A stretch of 64,000 nt of DNA, taken from positions 20,967 to 84,966 of the forward strand of contig JAEUPI010000094.1 of assembly GCA_016790175.1 (NCBI GenBank), written 5' to 3'. Below, one piece after another: positions 1-9,917 of the stretch. The stretch is from Burkholderiaceae bacterium. GTDB lineage: Bacteria > Pseudomonadota > Gammaproteobacteria > Burkholderiales > Burkholderiaceae_C. The notes below the pieces were generated by a model, which was not told the origin of the DNA, did no database searches, and saw only the letters and a program-made list of their open reading frames with translations. The translations under genes were made by a program, and so were the position numbers. Within the stretch, counting starts at the first letter, position 1; the number at the start of each line of letters is the position of its first letter.

Positions 1-2
1 AG

Positions 3-1700
3 TTCTTCCCGCTCGAGGAGTTCAACGAGAAGTACCGCGGCGGCGTCACCTACTGGAAGTTCGACCGCAAGGCCGGCCGCATCGACACCAAGGCCTCGTT
101 CTCGCTCGAGCTGCCGCCGTATTCGCAGGACCTGTCGGACTTCGGCAAGGGCCCGTCGGACGGCTGGAGCTTCACCAACAGCTTCTGCTCCGAGCGCTAC
201 GTGGGCGGCATCGAGAAGGGCCGTCCGCCGTATGAAGCCGGCTGCTCGGCCAAGGACACCGACTACCTGCACGTGGTGAACTGGAAGAAGGCCGCCGAGC
301 TGGTGGCCGCCGGCAAGGCCAAGCAGATCAACGGCCACAACGTGCTGATGATGGACACGGCCGTCAAGGAAGGCGTGCTGTTCCTCATTCCCGAGCCGAA
401 GAGCCCGCACGGCGTGGACGTGACGCCCGACGGCAAGTTCATGGTCGTGGCCGGCAAGCTCGACACCCACGTGTCGGTCTACAGCTTCGAGAAGATCCAG
501 GCCGCCATCAAGGCCGGCAAGTTCGAGAGCAAGGACCCGTACGGCATCCCGGTGATCGCGATGAAGGACGCGCTGCACACGCAGGTGTCGCTCGGCCTCG
601 GCCCGCTGCACACGCAGTACGACAGCAAGCCTTGCCTGGCCTACACGTCGCTCTACGTCGACTCGCAGGTCGCGAAGTGGAACTTCTGCGAAGGCAAGGT
701 CGTCGACAAGATCAGCGTGCACTACAACATCGGCCACCTGATGACGATGGAGGGCGACTCCACCAAGCCCGGCGGCAAGTACCTGGTGGCGCTGAACAAG
801 CTGGCGATCGACCGCTTCGTGCCGGTGGGCCCGCTGCACCCGCAGAACCACCAGCTGATCGACATCAGCAACGACAAGATGCAGCTGCTGTACGACATGC
901 CGCTGCCGCTGGGTGAGCCGCACTATGCGGTGTCGATCGCGGCCAACAAGCTCAAGCCGGCCGTTCGCTACAAGGTCGGGACCGACAGCCGGACCGATGA
1001 GCCGCACCCGTTCGCCACCAAGGCGGGCGAGGAGAAGATCGTCAAGAAGGGCAACAAGGTCGACGTCTATGCGACGCTGATCCGCTCGCACATCACGCCC
1101 GAGACGATCGAGGTCGACGTGGGTGACGACGTGGCGATCCACCTGACCAACCTCGAGCGCGCGCAGGACGAGACCCACGGCTTCACCGTGTCGACCTACA
1201 ACACCCATGCGTCGGTCGAACCGGGCAAGACGGTGTCGGTGAAGTTCAAGGCCGACAAGGAAGGCGTCTACCCGTACTACTGCACCGAGTTCTGCAGCGC
1301 GCTGCACCTCGAGATGCAGGGCTACCTGCTCGTCAAGCCCAAGGGCTGGAAGCCGACCAAGACCACGCTCGCGGCGCAGAACTACACCGAGGCCGACTAC
1401 AAGGCCACGGTGAAGAAGATCGTCGACACGCAGGCGGTGATCGACTCGGTGGTGGCCTACATCACGAGCGTGAACTACAAGGACTTCCCCGAGGTCGTGG
1501 CGATGGTCGACGACGCGTTCGACCAGCTCGGCAAGACCAAGGACGCGAAGGCCAAGCACGAAGCCGCCGCCGGCAAGAAGGACTGGGAGCAGGCCAACCT
1601 CTGGGCCGAGCAGGTCTGGCAATACCAGGTCAAGACCGCCGACCTCGGCTTGCGTGCCAAGACCTTCCTCGAGCAGAACGGTGCGAAGAAGGTGAAGTGA
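3..1700 (+). CDS. nosZ: Nitrous-oxide reductase NosZ, 3' ~1.7 kb (5' end lies upstream of the window)
   Basis: Frame 3 is open from base 3 (FFPLEEFNEKYRGGVTYWKF...), so the ORF-track start at 201 is an internal GTG. Cupredoxin CuA signature GVYPYYCTEFCSALHLEMQGYLLVKP. Followed by a full set of nos accessory genes. Confidence 0.93.
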   Translation, partial: FFPLEEFNEKYRGGVTYWKFDRKAGRIDTKASFSLELPPYSQDLSDFGKGPSDGWSFTNSFCSERYVGGIEKGRPPYEAGCSAKDTDYLHVVNWKKAAELVAAGKAKQINGHNVLMMDTAVKEGVLFLIPEPKSPHGVDVTPDGKFMVVAGKLDTHVSVYSFEKIQAAIKAGKFESKDPYGIPVIAMKDALHTQVSLGLGPLHTQYDSKPCLAYTSLYVDSQVAKWNFCEGKVVDKISVHYNIGHLMTMEGDSTKPGGKYLVALNKLAIDRFVPVGPLHPQNHQLIDISNDKMQLLYDMPLPLGEPHYAVSIAANKLKPAVRYKVGTDSRTDEPHPFATKAGEEKIVKKGNKVDVYATLIRSHITPETIEVDVGDDVAIHLTNLERAQDETHGFTVSTYNTHASVEPGKTVSVKFKADKEGVYPYYCTEFCSALHLEMQGYLLVKPKGWKPTKTTLAAQNYTEADYKATVKKIVDTQAVIDSVVAYITSVNYKDFPEVVAMVDDAFDQLGKTKDAKAKHEAAAGKKDWEQANLWAEQVWQYQVKTADLGLRAKTFLEQNGAKKVK

Positions 1701-1722
1701 GGCCTCAGCGCATCTGACCCAA

Positions 1723-1750
1723 GCCGGGGGCCGATTCGTCGACCCCCGGC
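1723..1750 (+). other. GC-rich stem-loop between nosZ and the next gene (possible partial terminator or mRNA-stabilising hairpin)
   Basis: GCCGGGGG (1723-1730) pairs with CCCCCGGC (1743-1750) around a 12-nt loop. No T-tract follows. Confidence 0.35.
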
Positions 1751-1771
1751 CCACTTAGGAGACCCCAAACC

Positions 1772-2089
1772 ATGAAGTCAACGTTGTTTCTCGCCGCTGC
1801 GGCGCTCGCGCTGGCCGGCACGGTGCAGGCGCAGGCGCTCGACGGCGCCAAGCTCTACACCGAGAAGACCTGCGTCGCCTGCCACGGCAAGGACGGCACC
1901 AAGCCGCTGACGCCCGAGTACCCCAAGGTGGCCGGCCAGAACGCCAAGTACGCCGAGCGCCAGATGCTCGACATCAAGAGCGGCGCGCGCGCCAACGGCA
2001 ACACCGCCGCGATGAAGGGCGTGATGCACCTGGTGAGCGACGCCGAGATCAAGGCGCTCGCCGAGTACCTCTCCAAACTGAAGCCCTGA
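1772..2089 (+). CDS. Monohaem class-I cytochrome c (NosC-like electron donor)
   Basis: Signal peptide MKSTLFLAAAALALAGTVQA, a single CVACH haem motif, distal Met region; RBS taggaga upstream; sits inside the nos operon. Confidence 0.85.
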   Translation: MKSTLFLAAAALALAGTVQAQALDGAKLYTEKTCVACHGKDGTKPLTPEYPKVAGQNAKYAERQMLDIKSGARANGNTAAMKGVMHLVSDAEIKALAEYLSKLKP

Positions 2090-2137
2090 AGCACTGAAGC
2101 TCCAGCAGCGCGAACCTCAACCCCGAAAGGATCCATC

Positions 2138-2890
2138 ATGACGAAACATGCCATCTCCCTCGCCGTTGCGGCCGCGCTGGTATCCACGCTCGCCGCCGCA
2201 CAAGATCCACGCCAGGCGCCCAAGGCCGCGGGCATCGAGTCCAAGGGCTACGAATGGGCCAAGATGGAAGGCGAGATGAAGGCGGCGCTCGCCGTCAAGG
2301 GCGACGCCAAGAAAGGCGAAGAAGGCTACGAGGTCTGCGGCGCCTGCCACCTGCCTTCGGGCGCCGGCCGCCCGGACGGCACCTTCCCGCAGCTTGCCGG
2401 CCAGCACAGCACGGTGCTGATCAAGCAGATGGCCGACATCCGCATGGGCCTGCGCGACAACCCGACGATGTATCCGTTCGCCAAGGAGCTGCACGACCCG
2501 ACCGAGCTGGCGCATGTGTCGGCCTACATCCAGAGCCTGTGCATCCCGGTGGACCACGGCAAGTACGAAGGCAAGGACGCCGCCGTACAGATCGCCACCG
2601 GCAAGGGCCTGTACGAAAAGCAATGCCAGGAATGCCACGGCAAGAACGGCGAGGGCCAGAAGGACAAGTTCTACCCCGTCATCGCCGGCCAGCACTACGC
2701 CTACCTGCTGCGCCAGATGACCGAGATCCGCGACGGCAAGCGCCGCAACGCCAACCCCGACATGGTCAAGGTGATCAAGCCCTACACCAACGAGCAGCTG
2801 GTGGCGATCTCGGCCTACCAGTCGAGCCTGGTGATGCCCGGCGCGATGTGCAAGCCCGCCAAGGGCGCGGCGACGGCGAAGAAGAAGTAA
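2138..2890 (+). CDS. Dihaem cytochrome c (c4-like)
   Basis: Signal peptide, two haem motifs CGACH and CQECH, each followed by a ...AGQH... segment. Confidence 0.85.
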   Translation: MTKHAISLAVAAALVSTLAAAQDPRQAPKAAGIESKGYEWAKMEGEMKAALAVKGDAKKGEEGYEVCGACHLPSGAGRPDGTFPQLAGQHSTVLIKQMADIRMGLRDNPTMYPFAKELHDPTELAHVSAYIQSLCIPVDHGKYEGKDAAVQIATGKGLYEKQCQECHGKNGEGQKDKFYPVIAGQHYAYLLRQMTEIRDGKRRNANPDMVKVIKPYTNEQLVAISAYQSSLVMPGAMCKPAKGAATAKKK

Positions 2891-2909
2891 GCACGAGGAC
2901 GGCGCCATC

Positions 2910-3923
2910 ATGAACCCCGCCGCTCGTTCGCGTGGACTCGTCGCCGCGCTCACCATCGCCGCGCTGGTGGCGATGGTGGCGGCCTATTTCGCGCCGATCT
3001 GGTGGGTGGCACTGACGGCGCCCAACTACCCGAAAGACGCCTTCCCCGACGGCATCCGCATCCACTTCCACTTCGACGGCGTGCAAAACGGCTGCACCAC
3101 GCCGGGCGCCGGCTCGCGCATGGGCCAGGAGACCATGCAGGGCGATCTCGGCAAGGACTCCGAGCGCTACAACCCGATCACCGACAAGAACAAGGACATC
3201 AACAAGGGCGCCGCGGGCCTGGACTGCGTGCACGAGATGAACACCATCAACCACTACGTGGGCATGTTCCCGATCGCCACGGGCGCCCCGGTGGAAAAGC
3301 CGCTGGCCAAGTTCTTCTTCGGCTTCTTCGCGGTGATGCTGGTCGGCTTCGCGATCACGCAGAAGAAGGCGCGGCTCGCGGTCCTCGCCATCGGCTTCGC
3401 GGCCGTGGCGGCCTGGGCCGTGGTGGATCAGTACGTGCTGGGCCATCTGGCGCGCCATGTGGCCGACTACGTGAACGAGGCCGGCACCTTCTTCAAGGAG
3501 CCGGCCAAGATCGCCGCCTGGGGCGACAACGTGCGCCTGGCCACGCACGGCGCCATCGCGGGGCTGATCGTCGCGATGGTCGTGGTGGTGTGGGGCGTGG
3601 CGCGGGTGCGCGGTTTCGAGCTGCTGCTGGCACTGGTGCCGGCACTGCTGCCGCTGTACTTCGTGATCACCTATGCCGCGTGGCTGTGGTTCTTCGGGCA
3701 CAACCTGCATCCCTGGGGCGCGTTCACCGTCAAGCCCTTCATGCCCACCGTGTTCGGCGAGGGCAAGGTGGCGCAGTTCTCGACCTACTCGTATCCCTAC
3801 TGGGGCTACGCGCTGCTGATCGTGGTGTTCGTCTGCCTGATGCTGGCGCTGCTGCTGCGCCGGCGCGATCTGCGCGAACAAGCGTCCGTGCCGCAGGTCG
3901 CGCAGGCGCCGCAGGCGGCATGA
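2910..3923 (+). CDS. nosB: NosB-like polytopic membrane protein of clade-II nos clusters
   Basis: About 6 hydrophobic helices with a large first periplasmic loop (APNYPKDAFPDGIRIHFHFDG...). Its position between the cytochromes and nosD matches clade-II nos clusters. Assignment rests on context plus topology. Confidence 0.65.
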   Translation: MNPAARSRGLVAALTIAALVAMVAAYFAPIWWVALTAPNYPKDAFPDGIRIHFHFDGVQNGCTTPGAGSRMGQETMQGDLGKDSERYNPITDKNKDINKGAAGLDCVHEMNTINHYVGMFPIATGAPVEKPLAKFFFGFFAVMLVGFAITQKKARLAVLAIGFAAVAAWAVVDQYVLGHLARHVADYVNEAGTFFKEPAKIAAWGDNVRLATHGAIAGLIVAMVVVVWGVARVRGFELLLALVPALLPLYFVITYAAWLWFFGHNLHPWGAFTVKPFMPTVFGEGKVAQFSTYSYPYWGYALLIVVFVCLMLALLLRRRDLREQASVPQVAQAPQAA

Positions 3924-3930
3924 GGGCCAG

Positions 3931-5319
3931 ATGCTGCGGATGCGCCGTTTCGCCTTTGGGCCGCTCGGCCTTGCGCTGCTGCTGGGCTCGTCGCTGCTGG
4001 CTGCCCGCAACAGCGAAACGCTGGACGAAACGCGTGCCCCGCTCGCTGCCACCGAGCGTGCCCACGAAGCCGGCGCACCGCGCGTCGGCGTCGACCGGCC
4101 GAAGCCGACTTTTCCGCTGTATCAGCGCGACAAGCGCATTCACGGGCTGAAGCCGCTGCAGCCGCTGGTCGATGCGGCGCCTGCGGGCTCGGTGCTGAAG
4201 CCGCCGCCGGGCAGCTACGCCGGCCCGGTGGTGCTCGCCAAGCCGCTCACGATCGACGGCGGCGGCCAGGTGACGATCGATGCCGGCGACAAGGGCACGG
4301 TGTTCTCGCTGCAGGCCGACGGTGCCGTGCTGCGCGGCCTGCACCTCACCGGCTCCGGCGATTCGCACGACACCGACGATGCATGCCTCGACGTGCGCGG
4401 CCACCGCAACCACATCGAGCAGCTCGTGATCGACAACTGCCTGTTCGGCATCGACCTGAAGCAGTCGAACGACAACATCCTGCGCGGCAACCGCGTGCGC
4501 TCCAAGCCGCTGGCGATCGGCGTGCGCGGCGACGGGCTGCGCCTCTGGTACAGCCACCGCAACTTGATAGAGGTCAATACGATCGTCGAGTCGCGCGATA
4601 TGGTCGCCTGGTACTCGCACCACAACGTCTATCGCGGCAACGTGGGCGAACGCAGCCGCTATTCGATCCACTTCATGTTCGCCCATCACAACCTCGTCGA
4701 GGACAACCGCTTCGTCGACAACGCGGTCGGCGTGTACTTCATGTACACCGAGGGCGGCACGCTGCGGCGCAACCTGATCTCGCATGCCACCGGCGCCACC
4801 GGCATGGCGGTGGGCTTCAAGGAGGCGAGCAACACCGTCGTCGAGGACAACGAGTTCGTCTACAACGCCATCGGCATCGGCTCGGACCTCTCGCCGTTCC
4901 AGCCCGACAGCAAGATCTGGATCCGCCGCAACCGTTTCGCCTACAACGGCATCGCGGTGCAGCTCACCAGCGAGCTCGGCGGCAACGTGGTGAGCGACAA
5001 CCTGTTCGAAGGCAACCTCACCCACGTGGTGCAGGCCGGCCGCGGCAAGGCCGGCCTGAACGAGTGGCGCGGCAACTACTGGGACGATTTCGCCGGCTTC
5101 GACCGCGACGCCGACGGCCGTGGCGACACGCCCTACGAGGCGTATGCCTATGCCGACCGCATCTGGATCGAGCAGCCGCCCGCGCGATTCTTCAAGACCG
5201 CCCCGGTGATGGAGCTGCTCGACTTTCTCGAGCGTCTGGCACCGTTCACGTCGCCCGAGCTGACGCTGAAGGACGACGCCCCTCGGTTCGCGAAGCCCTC
5301 GACAAGGAGCCCCGCGTGA
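3931..5319 (+). CDS. nosD: NosD, periplasmic right-handed beta-helix copper/sulfur-delivery protein
   Basis: Signal peptide; repeated beta-helix rungs (NxIxxNxI...GIxL pattern); C-terminal ...GRGDTPYEAYAYADRIWIEQPPARFF...LLDFLERLAPF. Confidence 0.9.
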   Translation: MLRMRRFAFGPLGLALLLGSSLLAARNSETLDETRAPLAATERAHEAGAPRVGVDRPKPTFPLYQRDKRIHGLKPLQPLVDAAPAGSVLKPPPGSYAGPVVLAKPLTIDGGGQVTIDAGDKGTVFSLQADGAVLRGLHLTGSGDSHDTDDACLDVRGHRNHIEQLVIDNCLFGIDLKQSNDNILRGNRVRSKPLAIGVRGDGLRLWYSHRNLIEVNTIVESRDMVAWYSHHNVYRGNVGERSRYSIHFMFAHHNLVEDNRFVDNAVGVYFMYTEGGTLRRNLISHATGATGMAVGFKEASNTVVEDNEFVYNAIGIGSDLSPFQPDSKIWIRRNRFAYNGIAVQLTSELGGNVVSDNLFEGNLTHVVQAGRGKAGLNEWRGNYWDDFAGFDRDADGRGDTPYEAYAYADRIWIEQPPARFFKTAPVMELLDFLERLAPFTSPELTLKDDAPRFAKPSTRSPA

Positions 5320-5330
5320 ACCGAAAGCCG

Positions 5331-6128
5331 ATGACGCGCCAGGAGCGCCGCCGCTGGCTGCGCACCGTGCTGCTCGCCGGCGGCGTGCTCGGCGCGGCCC
5401 TTTCGGGCTGGCTGCCGGTGGCCTACGGCCAGAAGAAGCGGCTGCGCCCGCCCGGTGCGCTCGACGAGAAGGACTTTCTCGCTTCGTGCATCAAGTGCGG
5501 GCAATGCGTGCAGGTGTGCCCGGTGCAGGCGATCAAGCTCGCCGATCTGGTCGACGGCTTCGGCGTCGGTGTGCCCTTCATCGACGCGCGCGACCAGGCC
5601 TGCGACTTCTCGTGCGACGCGGTGCAGTGCATCCTCGCCTGCCCCACCGGTGCGCTGGTCTACCAGAAGCCCGGCTTCCTCGGCACGCGCAGCGGCGCGC
5701 CGTTGGCCGCCAAGCCGGTGCTCAAGGCCAAGGCCAAGGACCCGGAGCCGACGCTGAACCTCAAGGAGCGCATCGGCGTGGCCCGCCTCAACCGGCCCGA
5801 GGCCTGCCTCGCCGTGCAGGGCAAGGGCTTCAAGGGCCAGGCACGCGGCGCGGGCTTCACCGGCAAGCTGCGCTACATGGAGGTCGACCGCTGGAAGCCG
5901 ATCCGCGTGAGCGAGCACCCGTACGACCTGAAGGAATGCGACCTGTGCGTGCGCGAGTGCCCGGTCGAAAAGGCGATTTCGATCGAGACCTTCACGCTGC
6001 CCGACGGCCGCACGCGCCGCCAGCCGGTGGTGCATGAGCCCTGCGTGGGCTGCGGCGTATGCGAGATGGTGTGCCCGGTCGAACCGACCTGCATCACCGT
6101 CGAGTCGCGCGGGGTCTTCAGCACATGA
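5331..6128 (+). CDS. nosG: NosG, Tat-exported NapG-like poly-[4Fe-4S] ferredoxin
   Basis: Twin-arginine leader MTRQERRRWLRTVLLAGG; Cys clusters CIKCGQCVQVCP, CILACP, CDLCVRECP, CVGCGVCEMVCP. An alternative GTG start at 5316 overlaps the nosD stop. Confidence 0.85.
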   Translation: MTRQERRRWLRTVLLAGGVLGAALSGWLPVAYGQKKRLRPPGALDEKDFLASCIKCGQCVQVCPVQAIKLADLVDGFGVGVPFIDARDQACDFSCDAVQCILACPTGALVYQKPGFLGTRSGAPLAAKPVLKAKAKDPEPTLNLKERIGVARLNRPEACLAVQGKGFKGQARGAGFTGKLRYMEVDRWKPIRVSEHPYDLKECDLCVRECPVEKAISIETFTLPDGRTRRQPVVHEPCVGCGVCEMVCPVEPTCITVESRGVFST

Positions 6129-7114
6129 GCACGCACGCGCAGGTGCACCGCGCGCGCTGGCGCGAGCAGATCGCCGTGCTGCTCGGCCGCGAACCCAAGA
6201 AGCCGGCGCATGTGACCGAGGTGGCGATCAAGCTGCACGAGATCAAGCGCGCGCGGCCCAAGGCCGAGGTGAAGGCGGCGATCGAGGCCGCGCACGCCAC
6301 GCCGCGCGGCCACAAATGGCGCAACCGGCGTTGGGCGGTGCTGATCGCGGCCAACCTGCTGTTCACGGTGTCGTATCTGCTCGACATCCAGGTGCTCGAA
6401 GGCGCGTTGACGGCGTCGCGCTTCATCGGCTTTCACCTGATCGACCTGAACTCGGCGCTGCAGGTGATGCTGGCGCACAAGCACGTGATCACGAACCTGG
6501 TGATCGGCACGCTCACGGTGGCCACCGGCTGGATGCTGCTCGGCGGCCGCACGTTCTGCTCGTGGGTGTGCCCGTACCACCTGCTGTCGGAATGGGCCGA
6601 GAAGCTGCACCTGTGGCTGGCCAGGAAGAAACTGGTGAGCGACCAGCACATGGACCGGCGTCTGCGCGTCGCATTCTGGGTCGCCTTCGCGCTGGCGGCA
6701 CTGGCCACCGGGTACACGGTGTTCGAGGCGATCTCGCCGACCGGTATCGTCTCGCGCGCGCTGATCTACGGCCCCGGCCTCGCGCTGCTGTGGGTCGCGG
6801 CGCTGCTGCTGTTCGAGGTGGTGATCAGCCGCCGCGCCTGGTGCCGCTACGCCTGCCCGATCGGGCTGACCTACGGTGTGGTGGGCATCTTCGCGCCGCT
6901 GCGCGTGAAGTACAACCTGCAGAACTGCCTGCACGAGGGCGACTGCCGCAAGGTCTGCCTGGTGCCGCATGTGCTCGAGACGGTGATCAAGAGTCGCGCC
7001 GCCGATGTCGACGTACCGCTCGGCCCCGACTGCACGCGCTGCGGGCTGTGCGTCGACCAGTGCCCCACCGGCTCGCTGACGTTCGACGTCAAGGGCCTGA
7101 GCAAGCTGCTGTAG
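6125..7114 (+). CDS. nosH: NosH, NapH-like membrane-bound iron-sulfur quinol dehydrogenase subunit
   Basis: ATGA overlap with the nosG stop; TM helices with CSWVCPYHLL and CRYACPIGL motifs plus C-terminal CxxCxxCxxxCP (CTRCGLCVDQCP). Confidence 0.85.
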   Translation: MSTHAQVHRARWREQIAVLLGREPKKPAHVTEVAIKLHEIKRARPKAEVKAAIEAAHATPRGHKWRNRRWAVLIAANLLFTVSYLLDIQVLEGALTASRFIGFHLIDLNSALQVMLAHKHVITNLVIGTLTVATGWMLLGGRTFCSWVCPYHLLSEWAEKLHLWLARKKLVSDQHMDRRLRVAFWVAFALAALATGYTVFEAISPTGIVSRALIYGPGLALLWVAALLLFEVVISRRAWCRYACPIGLTYGVVGIFAPLRVKYNLQNCLHEGDCRKVCLVPHVLETVIKSRAADVDVPLGPDCTRCGLCVDQCPTGSLTFDVKGLSKLL

Positions 7115-7123
7115 GCGCAGGCC

Positions 7124-7986
<863 letters not shown>

Positions 7987-7990
<4 letters not shown>

Positions 7991-8511
7991 AGCGCCGCGC
8001 CGTGCTCGCCTGCGGTTCGCTGCTCACGCCGGTGGCGAGCCTGCTGCTCGCCGCCTGCGCCGACGACTCCGGCCCCTGGCCCGAGGGCATGGCGCCGATC
8101 AAATGGGATCGCGACACCTGCGCGCGCTGCGCGATGGTGATCTCGGATCGCCGCTTCGCGGCCGAGGTGCGTGGAACCGGCGCGAACCAGGTCGCCAAGT
8201 TCGACGACATCGGCTGCGCCGTCACCTGGTGCGCCGAGAAGACGAAGCAGCATGTCTGGCTCACCGACCCGGCCACGCGTCTCTGGGTCGCCGAGTTCGC
8301 CGGCCAGGGCAAGCGCTGGCTCGATGCCAAGACCGCCCATTTCGCGCCCGGCCCACGCTCGCCGATGGGCTACGACCTCGCGGCGCATGCGCAAGCTGCG
8401 GCCGGCAGCACCGACTTCGACACCATGGCGCGCAAGGCCGCCTCCACCTGGCCGGCGCAGTGTCTGCCGGGCAAGCACGCCGGTGCAGCGAACAGCATAG
8501 GCGCGTCATGA
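7987..8511 (+). CDS. nosL: NosL copper-chaperone lipoprotein
   Basis: ATGA overlap with nosF; lipobox LLLAAC; DTCARCAMVISDRRFAAEV...KFDDIGC motif typical of NosL. Confidence 0.85.
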
Positions 8512-9335
8512 AAAGTCTCTGGCTCGCTGCACGACTGGACCTTGCGGAGACACTTCGCGCACGCTGGTTCGCGATCTACACGCTGGTGTTCGGCGGCATC
8601 GTGGCGCTGCTGTTCCTGTTCGGCCTCACCGAGTCGCGCGTGCTCGGCTTCATCGGCCTGTCGCGGCTGCTGGTCACCTACATCCAGCTCACGATGGCGA
8701 TCCTGCCGATCTTCGTGCTGCTGACCACCGTGCGCTCGGTGGCCGGCGACCGCGAGGCCGGCGTCTACGAGTACCTGCTGTCGCTGCCGGTGTCGCTGGC
8801 GGGCTGGTTCTGGGGCCGCACGATCGGCCGCTACCTGGCGATCTTTGCGCCGGTGTTCGGCGCGATGCTGCTCGCGGTGGCGATCGCGCTGGTGCGCGGC
8901 ATCGAGGTGCCCTGGGCCGTCTTCGGCTTCTACACCGCGCTGCTGGCGGTGATGTGCGCCTGCTTCCTGGGCCTGGGCATGCTGATCACCGCCCTCGCCC
9001 GCTCGACCGACATGGCGCAGGGCGCCGCGTTCCTGCTGTGGCTGGTGCTGCTGCTGTTTCTCGACCTGATCCTGCTCGGCGTGATGATCCAGGGCAAGGT
9101 CGCGCCCGAGACCGCGGTGACGATCGCGCTGGCCAACCCGCTGCAGGTGTTCCGCACCGCGGCGCTGGCCCTCTTCGATCCGCAGCTGATCGTGCTCGGG
9201 CCCTCGGCCTACGTGATCCTCGATCTGTTCGGCGCCGCGGGCTACAAGGCCTTCGCGCTCGCCTACCCCACCGCGCTAGGCCTTGGCGCCGCCGCGCTCG
9301 GCTACTGGCGCTTCCGGCGCGGGGATCTGCCATGA
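8508..9335 (+). CDS. nosY: NosY, ABC-2 type permease
   Basis: ATGA overlap with nosL; six hydrophobic segments; operon context with nosD/nosF. Confidence 0.85.
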   Translation: MKSLWLAARLDLAETLRARWFAIYTLVFGGIVALLFLFGLTESRVLGFIGLSRLLVTYIQLTMAILPIFVLLTTVRSVAGDREAGVYEYLLSLPVSLAGWFWGRTIGRYLAIFAPVFGAMLLAVAIALVRGIEVPWAVFGFYTALLAVMCACFLGLGMLITALARSTDMAQGAAFLLWLVLLLFLDLILLGVMIQGKVAPETAVTIALANPLQVFRTAALALFDPQLIVLGPSAYVILDLFGAAGYKAFALAYPTALGLGAAALGYWRFRRGDLP

Positions 9336-9901
9336 AGCGGCGCTCGCTCGCGGGCGCGCTCGGACTGCTGCTCGGCGCACCGTCGTTCGTGCGCGCCCAG
9401 GCGAATACGCCAGTGCCGGCGCCAGCGCCGGTGCCCCCGACCGCGGGCCTGACCTTGATCGAGCCCGGCCGCATGGGCAGCGAAGCGCTGTTCGCCGCGA
9501 AGCTGATCGGCCTCGATGACCGCCCCACACAAGCCACGCTGCCCAAGGGCCGCGCGCTGGTGGTGAACTTCTGGGCCCGCTGGTGCGGCCCGTGCAAGGT
9601 CGAGATTCCGGAGCTGATCGCGCTGCGCAAGCGCGTGCCGGAGGTCGAGGTGCTGGGCATCGCCATCGAGACCGATGCCGCGGCCGTGCGCGACTTCGCG
9701 CGGGCCTACGAGATGGACTACCCGCTGCTGCTCGCCCGCGACGGCGGCCTCGAGCTGATGCGCGCGCTCGGCAACGCCAAGGCCGGCCTGCCCTTCACGC
9801 TGGTGCTCGACCGGCGCGGGGCGCCGGTGGCGATGCGCCTCGGGCTGGCCAGCCGCGAGCAGCTCGACGCCGCCGTGCAGCTCGCGCTGCGCCGGGGCTG
9901 A
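9332..9901 (+). CDS. TlpA/ResA-like periplasmic thiol:disulfide oxidoreductase
   Basis: ATGA overlap with nosY; signal peptide; thioredoxin active site NFWARWCGPCKVEIPEL. Confidence 0.85.
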   Translation: MKRRSLAGALGLLLGAPSFVRAQANTPVPAPAPVPPTAGLTLIEPGRMGSEALFAAKLIGLDDRPTQATLPKGRALVVNFWARWCGPCKVEIPELIALRKRVPEVEVLGIAIETDAAAVRDFARAYEMDYPLLLARDGGLELMRALGNAKAGLPFTLVLDRRGAPVAMRLGLASREQLDAAVQLALRRG

Positions 9902-9917
9902 CGTCGGAGCGCACGCG

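Noticed and set aside
201-1700. ORF-track start of nosZ at 201.
   Set aside because: The frame is open back to base 3 and the upstream residues read as genuine NosZ sequence. The gene is simply cut by the window edge.
4012-4033. Tandem 11-mer AGCGAAACGCT-GGACGAAACGC inside nosD, resembling the CGACAAACGCY promoter repeats.
   Set aside because: It lies inside a coding region (it encodes SETLDET). It has GAAACGC rather than CAAACGC and no -10-like hexamer at the right distance. Probably coincidental.
2775-4052. Long antisense or out-of-frame ORFs throughout the window (e.g. 2775-4052 -, 5873-7966 -, 36432-38657 -, 52662-55928 -, 27786-29240 -, 23997-24992 -).
   Set aside because: Their products are Arg/Ala/Pro/Gly-rich low-information sequences that overlap genes with clear family signatures on the other strand or frame. 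This is the expected artefact of very high GC content.
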